Shown here in pieces: positions 50,275 through 61,300 of a stretch of 64,000 nucleotides of DNA. Made by a program: the position numbers and the translations under genes. This DNA comes from Candidatus Latescibacterota bacterium. GTDB taxonomy: Bacteria > Latescibacterota > UBA2968 > UBA8231. How positions within the stretch are numbered: position 1 is the first letter of the stretch; each line of letters starts with the position of its first letter. The notes under the pieces are model-generated. The model worked only from the letters and a program-made list of their open reading frames with translations. It was not told the DNA's origin and made no database searches. Location: positions 1,952,001-2,016,000 of the forward strand of contig OZ220089.1 in NCBI GenBank assembly GCA_964291625.2, written 5' to 3'.

Positions 50275-51294
50275 TTGGACGACGTGCGAATCGCCTTCAT
50301 CGGCTTCCGCCATGCCCACATCCACAGCCTCTACGAGCGCGCCCTCGCCACGCCCGGCGTGCGCGTGACCGGGGCCTGCGAGGAGCACGAGGAGACCCGC
50401 CGGGCCCTGGCCGGATCGAGCATCGAGATCACCCACCACGAAGCGGACCGCCTGCTCGACGAGGTCGAGTGCGACGCCGTGGCCGTGGGCGACGTGTACG
50501 CCCTCCGCGGCGCCCGGCTCATCGCCGCCCTGGAGCGGGGCCGCCACGTGATCGCCGACAAGCCCTTGTGCACCCGCCTGGAGGAGGTGGAGGCCATCCG
50601 CGCCCTCTCCGCCGCCGGCGGCCAGGAGGTCGGATGCATGCTCACCATGCGGGATGCCGCCGGCCCCCGCGCGGTGCGCGAGCTTATCCGGGAGGGCGCC
50701 ATCGGCGAGGTCCACGCCGTGCAGTTCGGCGGCCAGCACCCCCTCATGCTCGGCTCCCGCCCGGCCTGGTACTTCGAGCCCGGACAGCACGGCGGCACGA
50801 TCAACGACATCGGCATCCACGCCATCGACGGGATCCCCTTCATCACCGGCCTGCGCTTCACGCGGCTGGAGGCGGCGCGCTGCTGGAACGCCTTCGCCCC
50901 CGAAACCCCACATTTCCACGACGGCGCCCAGATGCTGCTCACCATGGACAACGGCTGCGGCGTCGTGGGCGACGTCTCCTACTTCGCCCCCGACGGACCG
51001 GGCTACGGCCTGCCCTACTACTGGCGGATGACGTTCTGGGGGCGCGAAGGCGTCCTCGAGACCGCCACCAACGACGATCACCTGGAGCTGGCCCCGGCAA
51101 AGGGCCGCAAGGTCGAGCGGCGTCCCCTGCCCCCCGGCAACAGCGGCGGATACCTGGACGCCTTCCTCAAGGGGATCCGCGGCGATTCCCGCCAGGAGGG
51201 GGAACTGACAACGGAACAAGTCCTCGCTTCTTCCGAGATGGCCCTGCGGGTGCAGGCGGCGGCCGACGCGGGGGAGCGGGGCGTGGGGTTGTGA
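50275..51294 (+). CDS. Gfo/Idh/MocA family oxidoreductase
   Basis: IAFIG..H.H, HVIADKPL, GGTINDIGIHAID. Confidence 0.9.
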   Translation: MDDVRIAFIGFRHAHIHSLYERALATPGVRVTGACEEHEETRRALAGSSIEITHHEADRLLDEVECDAVAVGDVYALRGARLIAALERGRHVIADKPLCTRLEEVEAIRALSAAGGQEVGCMLTMRDAAGPRAVRELIREGAIGEVHAVQFGGQHPLMLGSRPAWYFEPGQHGGTINDIGIHAIDGIPFITGLRFTRLEAARCWNAFAPETPHFHDGAQMLLTMDNGCGVVGDVSYFAPDGPGYGLPYYWRMTFWGREGVLETATNDDHLELAPAKGRKVERRPLPPGNSGGYLDAFLKGIRGDSRQEGELTTEQVLASSEMALRVQAAADAGERGVGL

Positions 51295-51344
51295 GGGCGA
51301 GGGCAGGAAATCTGCAGAGGCGACAGGTAGCCAAGGCCGGTACA

Positions 51345-51718
51345 TGCCCACTTGATCCGCTCGCACTGGCCATCGCGTTCTGCATGGTCGCGGTCGGACC
51401 TGACCCTCCACTGTGGGCCCAGGCTTTGGACTCTGCTCCTCCCAAGCCGGATGGCCCCGCGAAGATACAGAGTTCCCAGTGGGAGTTGGCGGCGGCTGAC
51501 CCGAGGCGGCTGAGGAGTGGGATACATCGGGGACCATACGGAGTCAGGAAAGGCTCCGTATCTCTCTGCTCAACCTGGCAGGACAGCGGGTCCGCCTCTT
51601 GCACGATGGTGGAATGGCCGCACCGACTCGGGAACCGACGCCGGATCGGGCGTATACTTGGTAGTTCTTCCGGACACCCGACCTCGCCCAGTCCGCCAGG
51701 CTGGTGCTGATCCGATAG
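51345..51718 (+). pseudogene. Degraded remnant of a secreted protein with a FlgD-Ig/T9SS-type C-terminal domain
   Basis: Three frames give LRISLLNLAGQRVRLLHDG / WNGRTDSGTDAGSGVYLVVL / SARLVLIR*. A signal-peptide-like LALAIAFCMVAVG..LWAQ lies upstream. Confidence 0.65.
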
Positions 51719-51731
51719 GGAGACCGCCACC

Positions 51732-52118
51732 ATGGGCGCGACCTATGTCGACGTGACCGTCCGCAACCCGGCAGACCCGCACCGCAGCTGGACCGGGAAG
51801 TTCCTGGTGGATACGGGCGCCTTCGACTCGCTCGTTCCGAGGGAGCATCTCGAAGGCATCGGACTCGAACCGAGGGGCAGCCGCGAGTACGTGCTCGCCG
51901 ACGGAAAGCCCATCACCCTGGAGATAACCATCGCCGAGATCGAGTTCGAGGGAGAGGTCGTCGGCGGCACCATCGTGTACGGAGAAGAGGGGAGCGAGCC
52001 GCTGCTCGGCGTCACCGCCCTGGAATCAGGTGGGTTCGAGGTCGATCCGCGCAACGAAAGGTTGAAGCGCCTGCCGGCCGTACTGCTGAAACCCATCCAC
52101 CGAAAGAGACTCTCATGA
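51732..52118 (+). CDS. Clan AA (retropepsin-like) aspartic protease
   Basis: FLVDTGA catalytic motif, LADG flap, PLLGVTALE..G..VDP. Confidence 0.9.
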   Translation: MGATYVDVTVRNPADPHRSWTGKFLVDTGAFDSLVPREHLEGIGLEPRGSREYVLADGKPITLEITIAEIEFEGEVVGGTIVYGEEGSEPLLGVTALESGGFEVDPRNERLKRLPAVLLKPIHRKRLS

Positions 52119-53029
52119 CCGGGCCTGAGCGACCCAAGTCCTTCCACTCCCTGGTCCCGTGGATCCCGCTGGCCGCCCTGCTGCTGGCGGCGGCCCCCGG
52201 CCAACTGCACGCCGGCGCCTGGACCCAGCCCAAGGGCGGGTTCTACTCCAAGCTGGCCGGCCTCTCCTTCAGCTCCGTCGCCTACCTGGATCTCGACGGC
52301 GAGCGCCGGGACCGGGCGAAGGACCCCCAGGAGAAGCTGAGCGACCGGGGCGGATCCGCCTACCTGGAGTACGGCCTGCTGGACCACCTTACCCTGGTGG
52401 CCTCCCTGCCGTACAAGAGCCTGGAGTTCAGGAATCCGACAGAGGCCAGGTACTTCGCGGCCCTCGACAGCACCATCCTCCGCCAGCATCCCGACCAGTC
52501 CAGCTCCGGTCTCGCCGACCTGGAGCTGCGCCTGCGCTGGCGGCTGCTGGCCGACCCGGCCGTCGTCTCGCTGGCGGCGGGCGGCAAGATCCCCCTGGGC
52601 TACGAGGTGCCCACGGAAATCCCGGAGAGCTACGTCCCCCTGGGCACGGGCGAGACCGACGCCGAGGTGCGCCTGCTGGTGGGCACATCGCTCTACCCGG
52701 TGCCGGGGTACGTGACCGGCACCCTCGGCTACCGCCGCCGCGGCGGGGAGTACGGCGACGAGCTGTTCCACGGCCTGGAGGGCGGCTACTCCTTCAACCG
52801 TCTGCTGGTCAAAGGCGTGATCGAGGGCATCCAGACCCTGGGGGACTGCGGGGCCACCGGCGAGGGCGGCGGGCTCGTGGGCGACCAGAACAACCTCAAG
52901 CTGTCTCCGGGGCTGATCTGGTCCCTCAGCGACCGGGTGGAGATCAGCGCCGATCTCTTCCACATCGTCTCGGGCTGCAACACGGCGGCGGGCACGACCT
53001 ATGCCCTGGGGCTGGCCTTCAAGGGCTAG
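52115..53029 (+). CDS. Hypothetical outer-membrane beta-barrel protein
   Basis: Signal peptide then AGAWTQPKG; YLEYGL, GLADLEL.LR, PLGTGETD, amphipathic strands. Confidence 0.65.
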   Translation: MTGPERPKSFHSLVPWIPLAALLLAAAPGQLHAGAWTQPKGGFYSKLAGLSFSSVAYLDLDGERRDRAKDPQEKLSDRGGSAYLEYGLLDHLTLVASLPYKSLEFRNPTEARYFAALDSTILRQHPDQSSSGLADLELRLRWRLLADPAVVSLAAGGKIPLGYEVPTEIPESYVPLGTGETDAEVRLLVGTSLYPVPGYVTGTLGYRRRGGEYGDELFHGLEGGYSFNRLLVKGVIEGIQTLGDCGATGEGGGLVGDQNNLKLSPGLIWSLSDRVEISADLFHIVSGCNTAAGTTYALGLAFKG

Positions 53030-53089
53030 GCGCCGCGACGCGGGCAGACGAGTATATTCTCTCTGCCACTTTGGGAAAGGAGGCCGTCA

Positions 53090-54082
53090 ATGCCGCGCAG
53101 GAAATGGGAGATCCCCGAGCGGGAGGCCACCGACGAGGCCGCCTATCTGAACCGCCGCAAGTTCCTCCGCGGCGCCGGCCTGGGCACCATCGGCCTGATC
53201 TCGGGCTGCATCCCCGACCGGCTCCTGCAGCCCACCGACCTCCTCGATCCCAGGCCCTTCCTGGGGATCGAGGACCGCGAGCCGATCCCCCCGGACCAGT
53301 GGTACCCGGCACCGGTGAACCCGGACTTCGCCACCCTCGACCGGCCCCTCACCGACGAGGAGATCGCCGGTCTCTACAACAACTTCTACGAGTTCACCAC
53401 CACCAAGCAGGTCTGGAAGTACATCGACAAGTTCGAGTCTTCCCCGTGGACGGTGGAGATCGCCGGCCTGGTGAACGAGCCCAGGACCTGGGACATCGAC
53501 GACCTCGTGGGCCGCATGGACCTGGAGGAGCGTCTCTACCGCCACCGCTGCGTCGAGGCGTGGTCCATGGCCATCCCCTGGACCGGCTTTCCCATGAAGG
53601 CCCTGATCGACCTGGTGCAGCCCCTGTCGTCGGCCCGCTTCGTGCGCATGACCTCCTTCTTCAACCCCTCGGTCGCGCCGGGGCAGTGGGACCGGCCCGA
53701 TTTCCCCTGGCCCTACGTGGAGGGTCTGAGCATGGCCGAGGCGACCAATGAGCTGACCCTGCTGGTGACGGGCATCTACGGCCACGCCCTGCCCACCCAG
53801 CACGGCGCCCCGCTGCGCCTGGTGACGCCCTGGAAGTACGGCTTCAAGGGCCTCAAGTCGATCGTCCGGATCGAGTTCGTCGAGGAACAGCCGGCCACCT
53901 TCTGGAACACCGAGGCGCCCCACGAGTACGGCTTCCTCTCCAACGTCGAGCCCGAGGTCCCCCATCCCCGGTGGTCCCAGGCCAGCGAGCGCTTCATCTC
54001 CACGAGCCTGTCGAGCTTCGAGCGGCGCGACACCCTGCTCTACAACGGCTACGAGGAGTACGTCGCCCACCTGTACGCGTGA
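53090..54082 (+). CDS. msrP: Protein-methionine-sulfoxide reductase catalytic subunit (Mo)
   Basis: Tat motif NRRKFL; YNNFYEF, RHRCVEAWS, GAPLRL..PWKYGFK, HPRWSQASER. Confidence 0.95.
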   Translation: MPRRKWEIPEREATDEAAYLNRRKFLRGAGLGTIGLISGCIPDRLLQPTDLLDPRPFLGIEDREPIPPDQWYPAPVNPDFATLDRPLTDEEIAGLYNNFYEFTTTKQVWKYIDKFESSPWTVEIAGLVNEPRTWDIDDLVGRMDLEERLYRHRCVEAWSMAIPWTGFPMKALIDLVQPLSSARFVRMTSFFNPSVAPGQWDRPDFPWPYVEGLSMAEATNELTLLVTGIYGHALPTQHGAPLRLVTPWKYGFKGLKSIVRIEFVEEQPATFWNTEAPHEYGFLSNVEPEVPHPRWSQASERFISTSLSSFERRDTLLYNGYEEYVAHLYA

Positions 54083-54099
54083 CCTTCGAAGGAGACTGC

Positions 54100-54738
54100 A
54101 TGCGCCGGCTGCTGGCCTCTCTCCTCCCCCTCTTCCTGCTCCTGCCTCCCCTGTCGGCCGAGGAGGACCTCCACGGCACCTGGGAGGGGGCCTTCGTCGA
54201 CGACCGCGTCGGCGAGATCACCACCCGCCTGATCTTCGACGACGACGGCAGCTTCGAGATCGACCAGGTCATCGAGGTGAAGAACGACTTCCTGGCCGGC
54301 GTCGATCTCGCCGCCGCGCCGGCGATCGGCCAGATCACGGCAAGCGGCAGCGGCACCTACGAAGTCGAGGATGACCGGCTCTCGGTGGAGATCGTCGACC
54401 TGGACCTGCGCGTCGACGGCGAGGATCTCACCGGGTTCTTCACCCGCCTCGCCCGCGATCTGGCCCGCCAGGCGGCGGACTCCCACGGCGTCCCCGACGA
54501 CAACTACCCGGGCTTCGAGGAGGCCTACGTGGAGGAGTTCCTCGTCGTCCTCGACGATGTCGAGTTCCTCGCCGTCTTCGGCGAGCAAGGGGGGACCCGC
54601 ACCTGGTCGATCGACAACCACCTCCTCACCCTGACGGCCGATGCCGACGGCGGCGCGTGGGAGTTCGACCGCCTCGACGGTGCCATGACCGCCGTCGCCC
54701 GGGCCACCTGGGGCGCCGTGAAAGCCGCCGGCGGCTGA
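54100..54738 (+). CDS. Hypothetical acidic secreted protein with C-terminal TWGAVK tag
   Basis: AAGGAG RBS; signal peptide; lipocalin-like LHGTW start; ends TAVARATWGAVKAAGG. Confidence 0.75.
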   Translation: MRRLLASLLPLFLLLPPLSAEEDLHGTWEGAFVDDRVGEITTRLIFDDDGSFEIDQVIEVKNDFLAGVDLAAAPAIGQITASGSGTYEVEDDRLSVEIVDLDLRVDGEDLTGFFTRLARDLARQAADSHGVPDDNYPGFEEAYVEEFLVVLDDVEFLAVFGEQGGTRTWSIDNHLLTLTADADGGAWEFDRLDGAMTAVARATWGAVKAAGG

Positions 54739-54807
54739 GTCTCCGTCAATCCGCCGGCCGCGGCCCCTCCGGCCCTCGGCTGGCTGCCAGCGTTGTGCCG
54801 AGGGGAG

Positions 54808-56106
54808 ATGGAGATCGAGGTGAGCAAGACGATCGACGAGCTGCAGCATGAGATCCGGCTCATGAAGGCCATCTTCGACAGCATCAGCGACGGCGTCATC
54901 GTCGCCGACGAGAGCGGCGGCCTCACCTTCAATCCCAGTGCCCGGCGCATCATCGGCACGACTGTGGAAGCGGTCCCCGACCGCTGGACGGAGGAGTACA
55001 GCATCTTCTGCTCCGACAAGGTCACCCCCTTCCCGACGGACGAGCTGCCCCTCGTGCGCGCCCTGCGCGGCGAGGCGACGGACGAGGTGGAGATGTTGAT
55101 CCGCACCGCCGCCAAGCCGGAGGGTGTCCATATCAGCTCCAGCGGCAGGCCCATCACGTTGCCGGGCGGCACACGAGGCGGGGTCACCGTCTTCCGCGAC
55201 GTGACGGAGAGAGTGCAGGCCGAGGAGGCCCGGGCCCAGGCCTTCGCCCAGGGGCGCCTGGAGGTCATGGACACCATCCTTCACAACATCGGGAACGCCG
55301 TCAACAGCGCCGCCATCGCTATCGGGACCCTGCAGGAACAATTGCGCAACGATCCGCTCATCGAGCGCCTCTCGGCCCTGGCCGAGGCCGCCGGAGCGCA
55401 CCCGGAGGACTGGGCCGACTACGTCCGCCAGGACCCGCAAGGCCGGCAGGTCCGGCCCTTCCTGATGGCCCTCGCCGAGGACTTCGTCGACCAGAACCGC
55501 CAGTTGCGGCAGACGGTGGAGCGGGTAAGCAGCCAGACGAGCCACATCGTGGACATCGTCCGCGCTCAGCGGGGCTTCGACAGCAACGCCATGACCTGCA
55601 AGGACGTCAATCTGCGTCAGGCCATCGCCGCCGCCGTGAGGATCTTCCAGGAGTCGTTGGCCGCCAGGGGGATCCGGACGCACGTGGACTGCGGCAACGC
55701 CCCCGAGGAGATCCGCATCCCGGAGACTCAGTTCAACCAGATGCTGGTCAACCTGCTCAAGAATGCGATGGAAGCGATCGATGAGCTCCAGCAGGCCGGC
55801 GGCCTCGGCGGCCCTCCCCGCATAGAGGTCAGGGCCCGAGTCCGGGGGGATCTCCTGGCCCTTGACGTGGAGGACAACGGCATCGGAATCGCGGCGGAAG
55901 AACTCGAGGCGATCTTCAGGCCCGGGTATACGACCAAGCGGGAAGGGACGGGGCTGGGCCTTCACTCGGCGGCCAACTTCATCACCGGCTCCGGGGGGAA
56001 GATCCAACCGTCGAGCGGCGGCCATGGGGCAGGCACCACCATGCGCGTCACGCTGCCCATCCCTCCCTCTCCCACGAATCGAGGCGGGCAAGATGACGGT
56101 GGATGA
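54808..56106 (+). CDS. Cytoplasmic PAS histidine kinase
   Basis: PAS domain ([13 protein letters not shown]), H-box ILHNIGN, NLLKNA, DNGIGI, YTTK..GTGLGLH. Confidence 0.9.
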   Translation: MEIEVSKTIDELQHEIRLMKAIFDSISDGVIVADESGGLTFNPSARRIIGTTVEAVPDRWTEEYSIFCSDKVTPFPTDELPLVRALRGEATDEVEMLIRTAAKPEGVHISSSGRPITLPGGTRGGVTVFRDVTERVQAEEARAQAFAQGRLEVMDTILHNIGNAVNSAAIAIGTLQEQLRNDPLIERLSALAEAAGAHPEDWADYVRQDPQGRQVRPFLMALAEDFVDQNRQLRQTVERVSSQTSHIVDIVRAQRGFDSNAMTCKDVNLRQAIAAAVRIFQESLAARGIRTHVDCGNAPEEIRIPETQFNQMLVNLLKNAMEAIDELQQAGGLGGPPRIEVRARVRGDLLALDVEDNGIGIAAEELEAIFRPGYTTKREGTGLGLHSAANFITGSGGKIQPSSGGHGAGTTMRVTLPIPPSPTNRGGQDDGG

Positions 56107-58012
56107 TGCCTGGAACGGCCGCGTCCTGATCGTCGATGACCAGGAAGCCATTCACAAGGACTTCGAGGAGATGCTGGCTCCGGGCAGACCCGCCCGGGCC
56201 ACCGATGCGCTGGCGGGTGCCTTTGTCCCGGAGGCCGACAGAGCCTTCCTGCCGCGCATTGAGCTTTCCCATGCCACGAGCGGGGAGCAGGCCTGCGGGT
56301 TGATCGAGGAGGCACGGGAGTCGGGGCGCCCCTTTGCCCTGGCGTACATAGACGTCCGAATGCCTCCCGGTACCGATGGCATCGAGACGGTACGCCGGAT
56401 ACGGGAGTTCGAGCGGCAGATCGAGGTCGTGATCATGACCGCCTACTCCGACAAGACGCTGCCCGACATCGTCGAGGACATGGAAGCGGTCCACAAGCTG
56501 CTCTACATCCGAAAGCCCTTCTCCCGGGAGGAGATCCAGCAGCTCACCCTCTCTCTCGTCGGCAAGTGGAACGTCGAGCAGGAGCTGGTCAGGCACCAGC
56601 GGGACCTGGAGACCAGCAACCGCCGCCTGGAAGCCGGCAACGAGAGGCTGCGCGCCGTCCTCGACGCCACGGGAGATGCCATCGGCATGTTCGACGCCGA
56701 GGGGCGCCTGCGTCTTGCGAATCAGGGGTACGAGGAGCTGCTGGACGCCACCGAGGACGAGCTGAGGCAGATGTCCCCGGAAGACCTGGCAGCCCGCATC
56801 GAGGCCCGCCTCCGGCCGCCCCTCCTGCCCGAACCGGGACGCAGCCTGTTCCTCGAAGACGCCGCCAACCTCGCCGAAGAGGTCATCGATGCCGGGGATG
56901 ACAACCCGCGTCTGTTCCACCGGTCCACGGCGCCCGTCCGTGACCATCATCAGGATCTCATGGGCCATATCACCGTGTACCGCGATGTCTCCAAGGAGGT
57001 GGAGAGCGAGCAGATGAAGGCCGAGGTCCTGCGCCTGCGCAGCGAGCTCCGGACGACCTGCGGATTCGACGGCATCGTCGGCAGGAGCAAGAGCATGCAG
57101 GAGGTCTATGCCCTGATGGAGCGGGCGGCCGAGAGCGACATCACGGTCCTCGTCGAGGGCGAGAGCGGCACCGGCAAGGAGCTCGTGGCCCGGCTGATTC
57201 ACCTCAACGGCCCGAGAGGGGCGGGACCCTTCGTGGCCGTCAATTGCGCCGCCATTCCCGAAACCCTCATAGAGAGCGAACTCTTCGGGCACGAGCGCGG
57301 CGCCTTCACGGGAGCGGCGGCGCGGCGCATCGGGCAGTTCGAGCGGGCCCAGGGCGGGACCATCCTGCTCGACGAGATCGGCGACATGCCCCTCCCCCTT
57401 CAGGCCAACCTTCTGCGTGTCCTGGAGGAGCGCGAGATCCGCCGGGTTGGCGGAGCCGACCCGATCCCGATCGACATCCGCGTCATCGCGGCCACCAACA
57501 GGGATCTGGAAGCCGCCGCCAGGGACGGCGCCTTCCGCGCCGACCTCTACTACCGCCTGGCGGCCTTTCCCCTCACCCTCCCACCCCTCCGCGACCATCG
57601 CGAGGACATCCCCATGCTGGCGGCCCACTTCCTGCAAGAGCATGCCGAGAAGGCCGACAAGACTCTGCGCGGCTTTTCACCCGCCGCCCTTCAGGGACTG
57701 CTCGCCCACGACTGGCCGGGGAACGTGCGCGAGCTCCGCAACGCCATCGAGCGCGCCGTCCTGCTGGAGCCCTCGGACCGGCTGCAGCTCGCCAGCTTCC
57801 CACCCCGGCTCTCGGCCGCGGCACCATCTCCGGGCGATCCTGGGGAGCCTGTCGAACGGATCCTCTCGTTCCAGGAAGCCGAGCGGCAGGCCCTGGTCCG
57901 GGCCTTCGAGGCCTCGGACCGGAACATCTCCAGGGCCGCCCAGGTGCTGGATGTCAATCGCACGACCCTGTACCGCAAGTTGAGGAAGTACGGCCTTCTG
58001 GAAGAGAAGTGA
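56093..58012 (+). CDS. Sigma-54 activator REC-PAS-AAA+-HTH
   Basis: [53 protein letters not shown]. Confidence 0.93.
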   Translation: MTVDDAWNGRVLIVDDQEAIHKDFEEMLAPGRPARATDALAGAFVPEADRAFLPRIELSHATSGEQACGLIEEARESGRPFALAYIDVRMPPGTDGIETVRRIREFERQIEVVIMTAYSDKTLPDIVEDMEAVHKLLYIRKPFSREEIQQLTLSLVGKWNVEQELVRHQRDLETSNRRLEAGNERLRAVLDATGDAIGMFDAEGRLRLANQGYEELLDATEDELRQMSPEDLAARIEARLRPPLLPEPGRSLFLEDAANLAEEVIDAGDDNPRLFHRSTAPVRDHHQDLMGHITVYRDVSKEVESEQMKAEVLRLRSELRTTCGFDGIVGRSKSMQEVYALMERAAESDITVLVEGESGTGKELVARLIHLNGPRGAGPFVAVNCAAIPETLIESELFGHERGAFTGAAARRIGQFERAQGGTILLDEIGDMPLPLQANLLRVLEEREIRRVGGADPIPIDIRVIAATNRDLEAAARDGAFRADLYYRLAAFPLTLPPLRDHREDIPMLAAHFLQEHAEKADKTLRGFSPAALQGLLAHDWPGNVRELRNAIERAVLLEPSDRLQLASFPPRLSAAAPSPGDPGEPVERILSFQEAERQALVRAFEASDRNISRAAQVLDVNRTTLYRKLRKYGLLEEK

Positions 58013-58254
58013 CGGGGCGTCGTCGGCGCCGCTGCTGCAGAACGCCACACTGGTGTAGATCGAACACCTCTTCCCCGGGCTGCCCGCACCACCCGCAAGT
58101 GGCCTGATTCCATGGGGATAGCTCCCTCACCGGGATTCCCCTCCGACGGCTGGGCCGATGCGTTCCGCATCCTTCGCCCGGGGGCCGCCCGCCTCCCGTC
58201 GATCCACCCGACATCCTTGAGACACAAGGACTTATCACTCTCTTCCGGGACCCC

Positions 58255-58269
58255 TGGCACGGTTTGTGC
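58255..58269 (+). promoter_or_regulatory. Sigma-54 (-24/-12) promoter
   Basis: TGGCACGGTTTGTGC has GG-N10-GC spacing and lies about 65 bp upstream of the autotransporter start. Confidence 0.75.
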
Positions 58270-58334
58270 CCAGGTACCTGGCGCGCGAGAAAGCGCTCCC
58301 TGGCCGAATCCAGGAGAACGGAAGGAGGTGGATC

Positions 58335-61300
58335 ATGGAGAGCCTGCTCTTCGGCAACCCCGACGCGGCGGTGGGGTCGGACCCCGCGCGGGCATGGCTG
58401 ACCAACCGGACAGGTCCGATCACTGGTTCGGACCAGCAGAGAGGGGTTGGGACAGACGACGGCGGAGGGACCTCGCAGCCGCGGGCGACAGGCCATCGCC
58501 GCCCCAGGGGGTTGGACTTCCGGCGCCGGGCTCGACTATGGCAACGGCAAGACCATGTGCCTGCGGTGTTTGTGGCCGTGGCCGCCGCCCTTGCCATCGC
58601 CGCGGCTGCCCCCGCTCAGGAGTATGACCCGCCGATCAGAACGCTGGTGAAGAATGCCGACGCCCCGTCAGAGAGGGTCGTACTGCTGAATGCGAATCAG
58701 GACGGACTGAATCAGGCATTCAGAACCGGCCCCAACACCGGGGGGTATGAACTGACAAGCATTGTGCTGCATGTGCACGATACGCACGAGAGCCGGTACA
58801 TGACGCTGGACGCGGGCATCTATCTCTGGGATGAGTCCGGCTTCACCCCCGTCGCCGAGCTCACCGGAGGCCGGTTGAACGACTATGCGGCCAATGAGTG
58901 GCGGGCACCTGCGAACACCTATCTCGAGCCGGACACGGAGTACTACTTCCTGCTCGATTGCACGGCGGGTTGCGCAAATGACAACATGGCCCAGTTCCTC
59001 ACGACCTACAGCGGGGAGGAGGACCCCGGGGCCGAAGAAGGATGGGATATCCACGATCATCTCGGCTTTCGGACCGCGGGCGATCCCTCCTGGAAATGGG
59101 ACGCTCGCTTGATTCTCAGGATAGAGGTCAAGGGACGTCCCAGTTACCACCGTGCCTACAGGACGGAGATCGCATCGACGCCGGCCAGCGGCGACACCTA
59201 TCTGGTAGGTGAGAACATCGATATCGCCCTGACGTTCAACACGCCCGTGTACGTGCCCGAGGGCCAATCGCGCTCGTCCATTGGCATTCAGGTCGGCAAT
59301 GTCGCCCGCCAGGCAGCCTACCTCTCCGGCACCTTCACGACTCGGTTGATCTACCGCTATGAGGTGAGGCTGGACGATGTCGACGCAAACGGCATCAGCG
59401 TCGACGAGGGCGGACCGGATACCGGATTCGTCGGGTTCGTGCCCACCCTGGTCGCCAGTCTGGGCTTGTGGCCCGTGGATCGCTATTACCCCGGCGTGGC
59501 CGACGACCCTGGTCACAAGGTGGACGGGTCGGTCAACTGCACCGTCCTGGAGGACGGGTCGGTCCACTGCGTCCCCGGATCGACGGCCAGGCTGTCGGTG
59601 GCCGATGCGCGGACGACGGAGGGGGCGGACGCCACGCTCGAGTTCGCGGTGACCCTGGACCGGGCGTCCTCGCAGACGGTGACGGTGGATTATGCCACTG
59701 CGGACGGCTCGGCACAGGCGGGCCAGGACTACACGGCGGCGACCGGAACGCTGACCTTCGCACCCGGTGAGACGGAGAAGACGGTTTCGGTGGGAGTTCT
59801 CGACGACGCCCATGACGAGGGGGAGGAGACCCTGACGCTGACCCTGAGCAACGCCTCGGGGGCGCGCATCGCCGACGACGTGGGGACCGGGACGATCGAG
59901 AACGCCGATCCATTGCAGCGGGCCTGGCTGGCGCGCTTCGGACGCACCGCCGCCCAGCGCATCCTCGACGGCGTGCAGGCCCGTCTTGAGGCGCCCCGGG
60001 AAGCGGGGGTGAGGGCCACGTTTGCGGGCCACTCCCTCGGCGGCCCGGGCGAGGAAGCCGCGTTCAGAGCCGGGGGCGCCGGCATGGCGGCCCGGGATCG
60101 CTTCGCAGCGGTTCCCGGCCGGTTCTCCCCCGCTGCGGCCGAGGGGCGGGTGCGGCCACGCCAGCCGGCGCTGCGCGACTTGGCCACGGGAAGCGGCTTC
60201 ACACTGAGCGGGCCGACCGGCGGCGGCCTGGGCACTCTCTGGGGTCGCGGCTCCTACTCGGCCTTCCGCGGGAGCGCCGAGGCCCTGGCCCTCGACGGCG
60301 GGGTGGCCACCGGGATGGTCGGCGCCGATTACGCCATTGGCGGCTGGGTCCTGGGACTGCCCCTGGCGGTCAGTCTGGGCGACGGCCACTGGCAATCACC
60401 GGGCCGCGAAGGCCGCATGGCCTCGTCGCTGTCCGGGCTCTATCCCTACGCCGGCTATCGTCTCAGCCAGCGTCTGTCCCTCTGGGGCACCGCCGGCTAC
60501 GGCCAGGGCGACCTGACGCTGACCATGAAGGACGGGGAGTCCTACCGCACCGGCCTGGACCTGAGGATGGCTGCCGCCGGTCTGCGGGGCGACCTGTTGT
60601 CGGTGGGTCCAGAGGGAGGACCCTCCCTGGCGGTCGAGTCGGACGCGTTGTTCCTGCGCACGGCCTCCGATGCGGCGTCGGGACCGTCGGGCCTCCTGGC
60701 GGCAGCGGCGGCGGACGTGAGCCGCCTGCGCATCGGCCTCGAGGGATCCCTGGAGCTGGCCCTGGACGGCGGCCAGTCCTTGAGGCCGGCCGTCGAGCTG
60801 GGTCTGCGCCATGACGGCGGCGACGCCGAGACCGGCCTCGGGCTTGAGATCGGAGGCGGTTCGGGATTCACCGACGCGGCGCGGGGCCTGACGGCCCGGG
60901 TGGCGGTGCGGGGCCTGGTGGCCCACCAGACATCCGGCTTCCGCGACTGGGGGATCTCGGGGTTCCTGCGGTTCGACCCGAGACCATCGTCGGACCTCGG
61001 CCCGTCGGTGGCCCTGACGCCGTCCTGGGGGGCGCCGTCCACGGGCGGCGTGGAGGCGCTCTTCCGGCGCGAGACCCTGTCGGGGCTCGCCGTGACCGAA
61101 TCGGCTTCGCCCGGCGGGCGTCTCGACGCGGAGACCGCGTACGGGTTCGCGGTCCTCGACGGCCGGGCCACGGGGACCCCCTACCTGGGGGTGGGTCGAT
61201 CAGAGGCGTTGCACGAGGTGCGTGTTGGCTGTCGCCTGGAGCGGCCCCGCCGGCAGGGGCTGGCGCTCAACCTCGAGGGGACCCGGCTCGCCAGCGGCGA

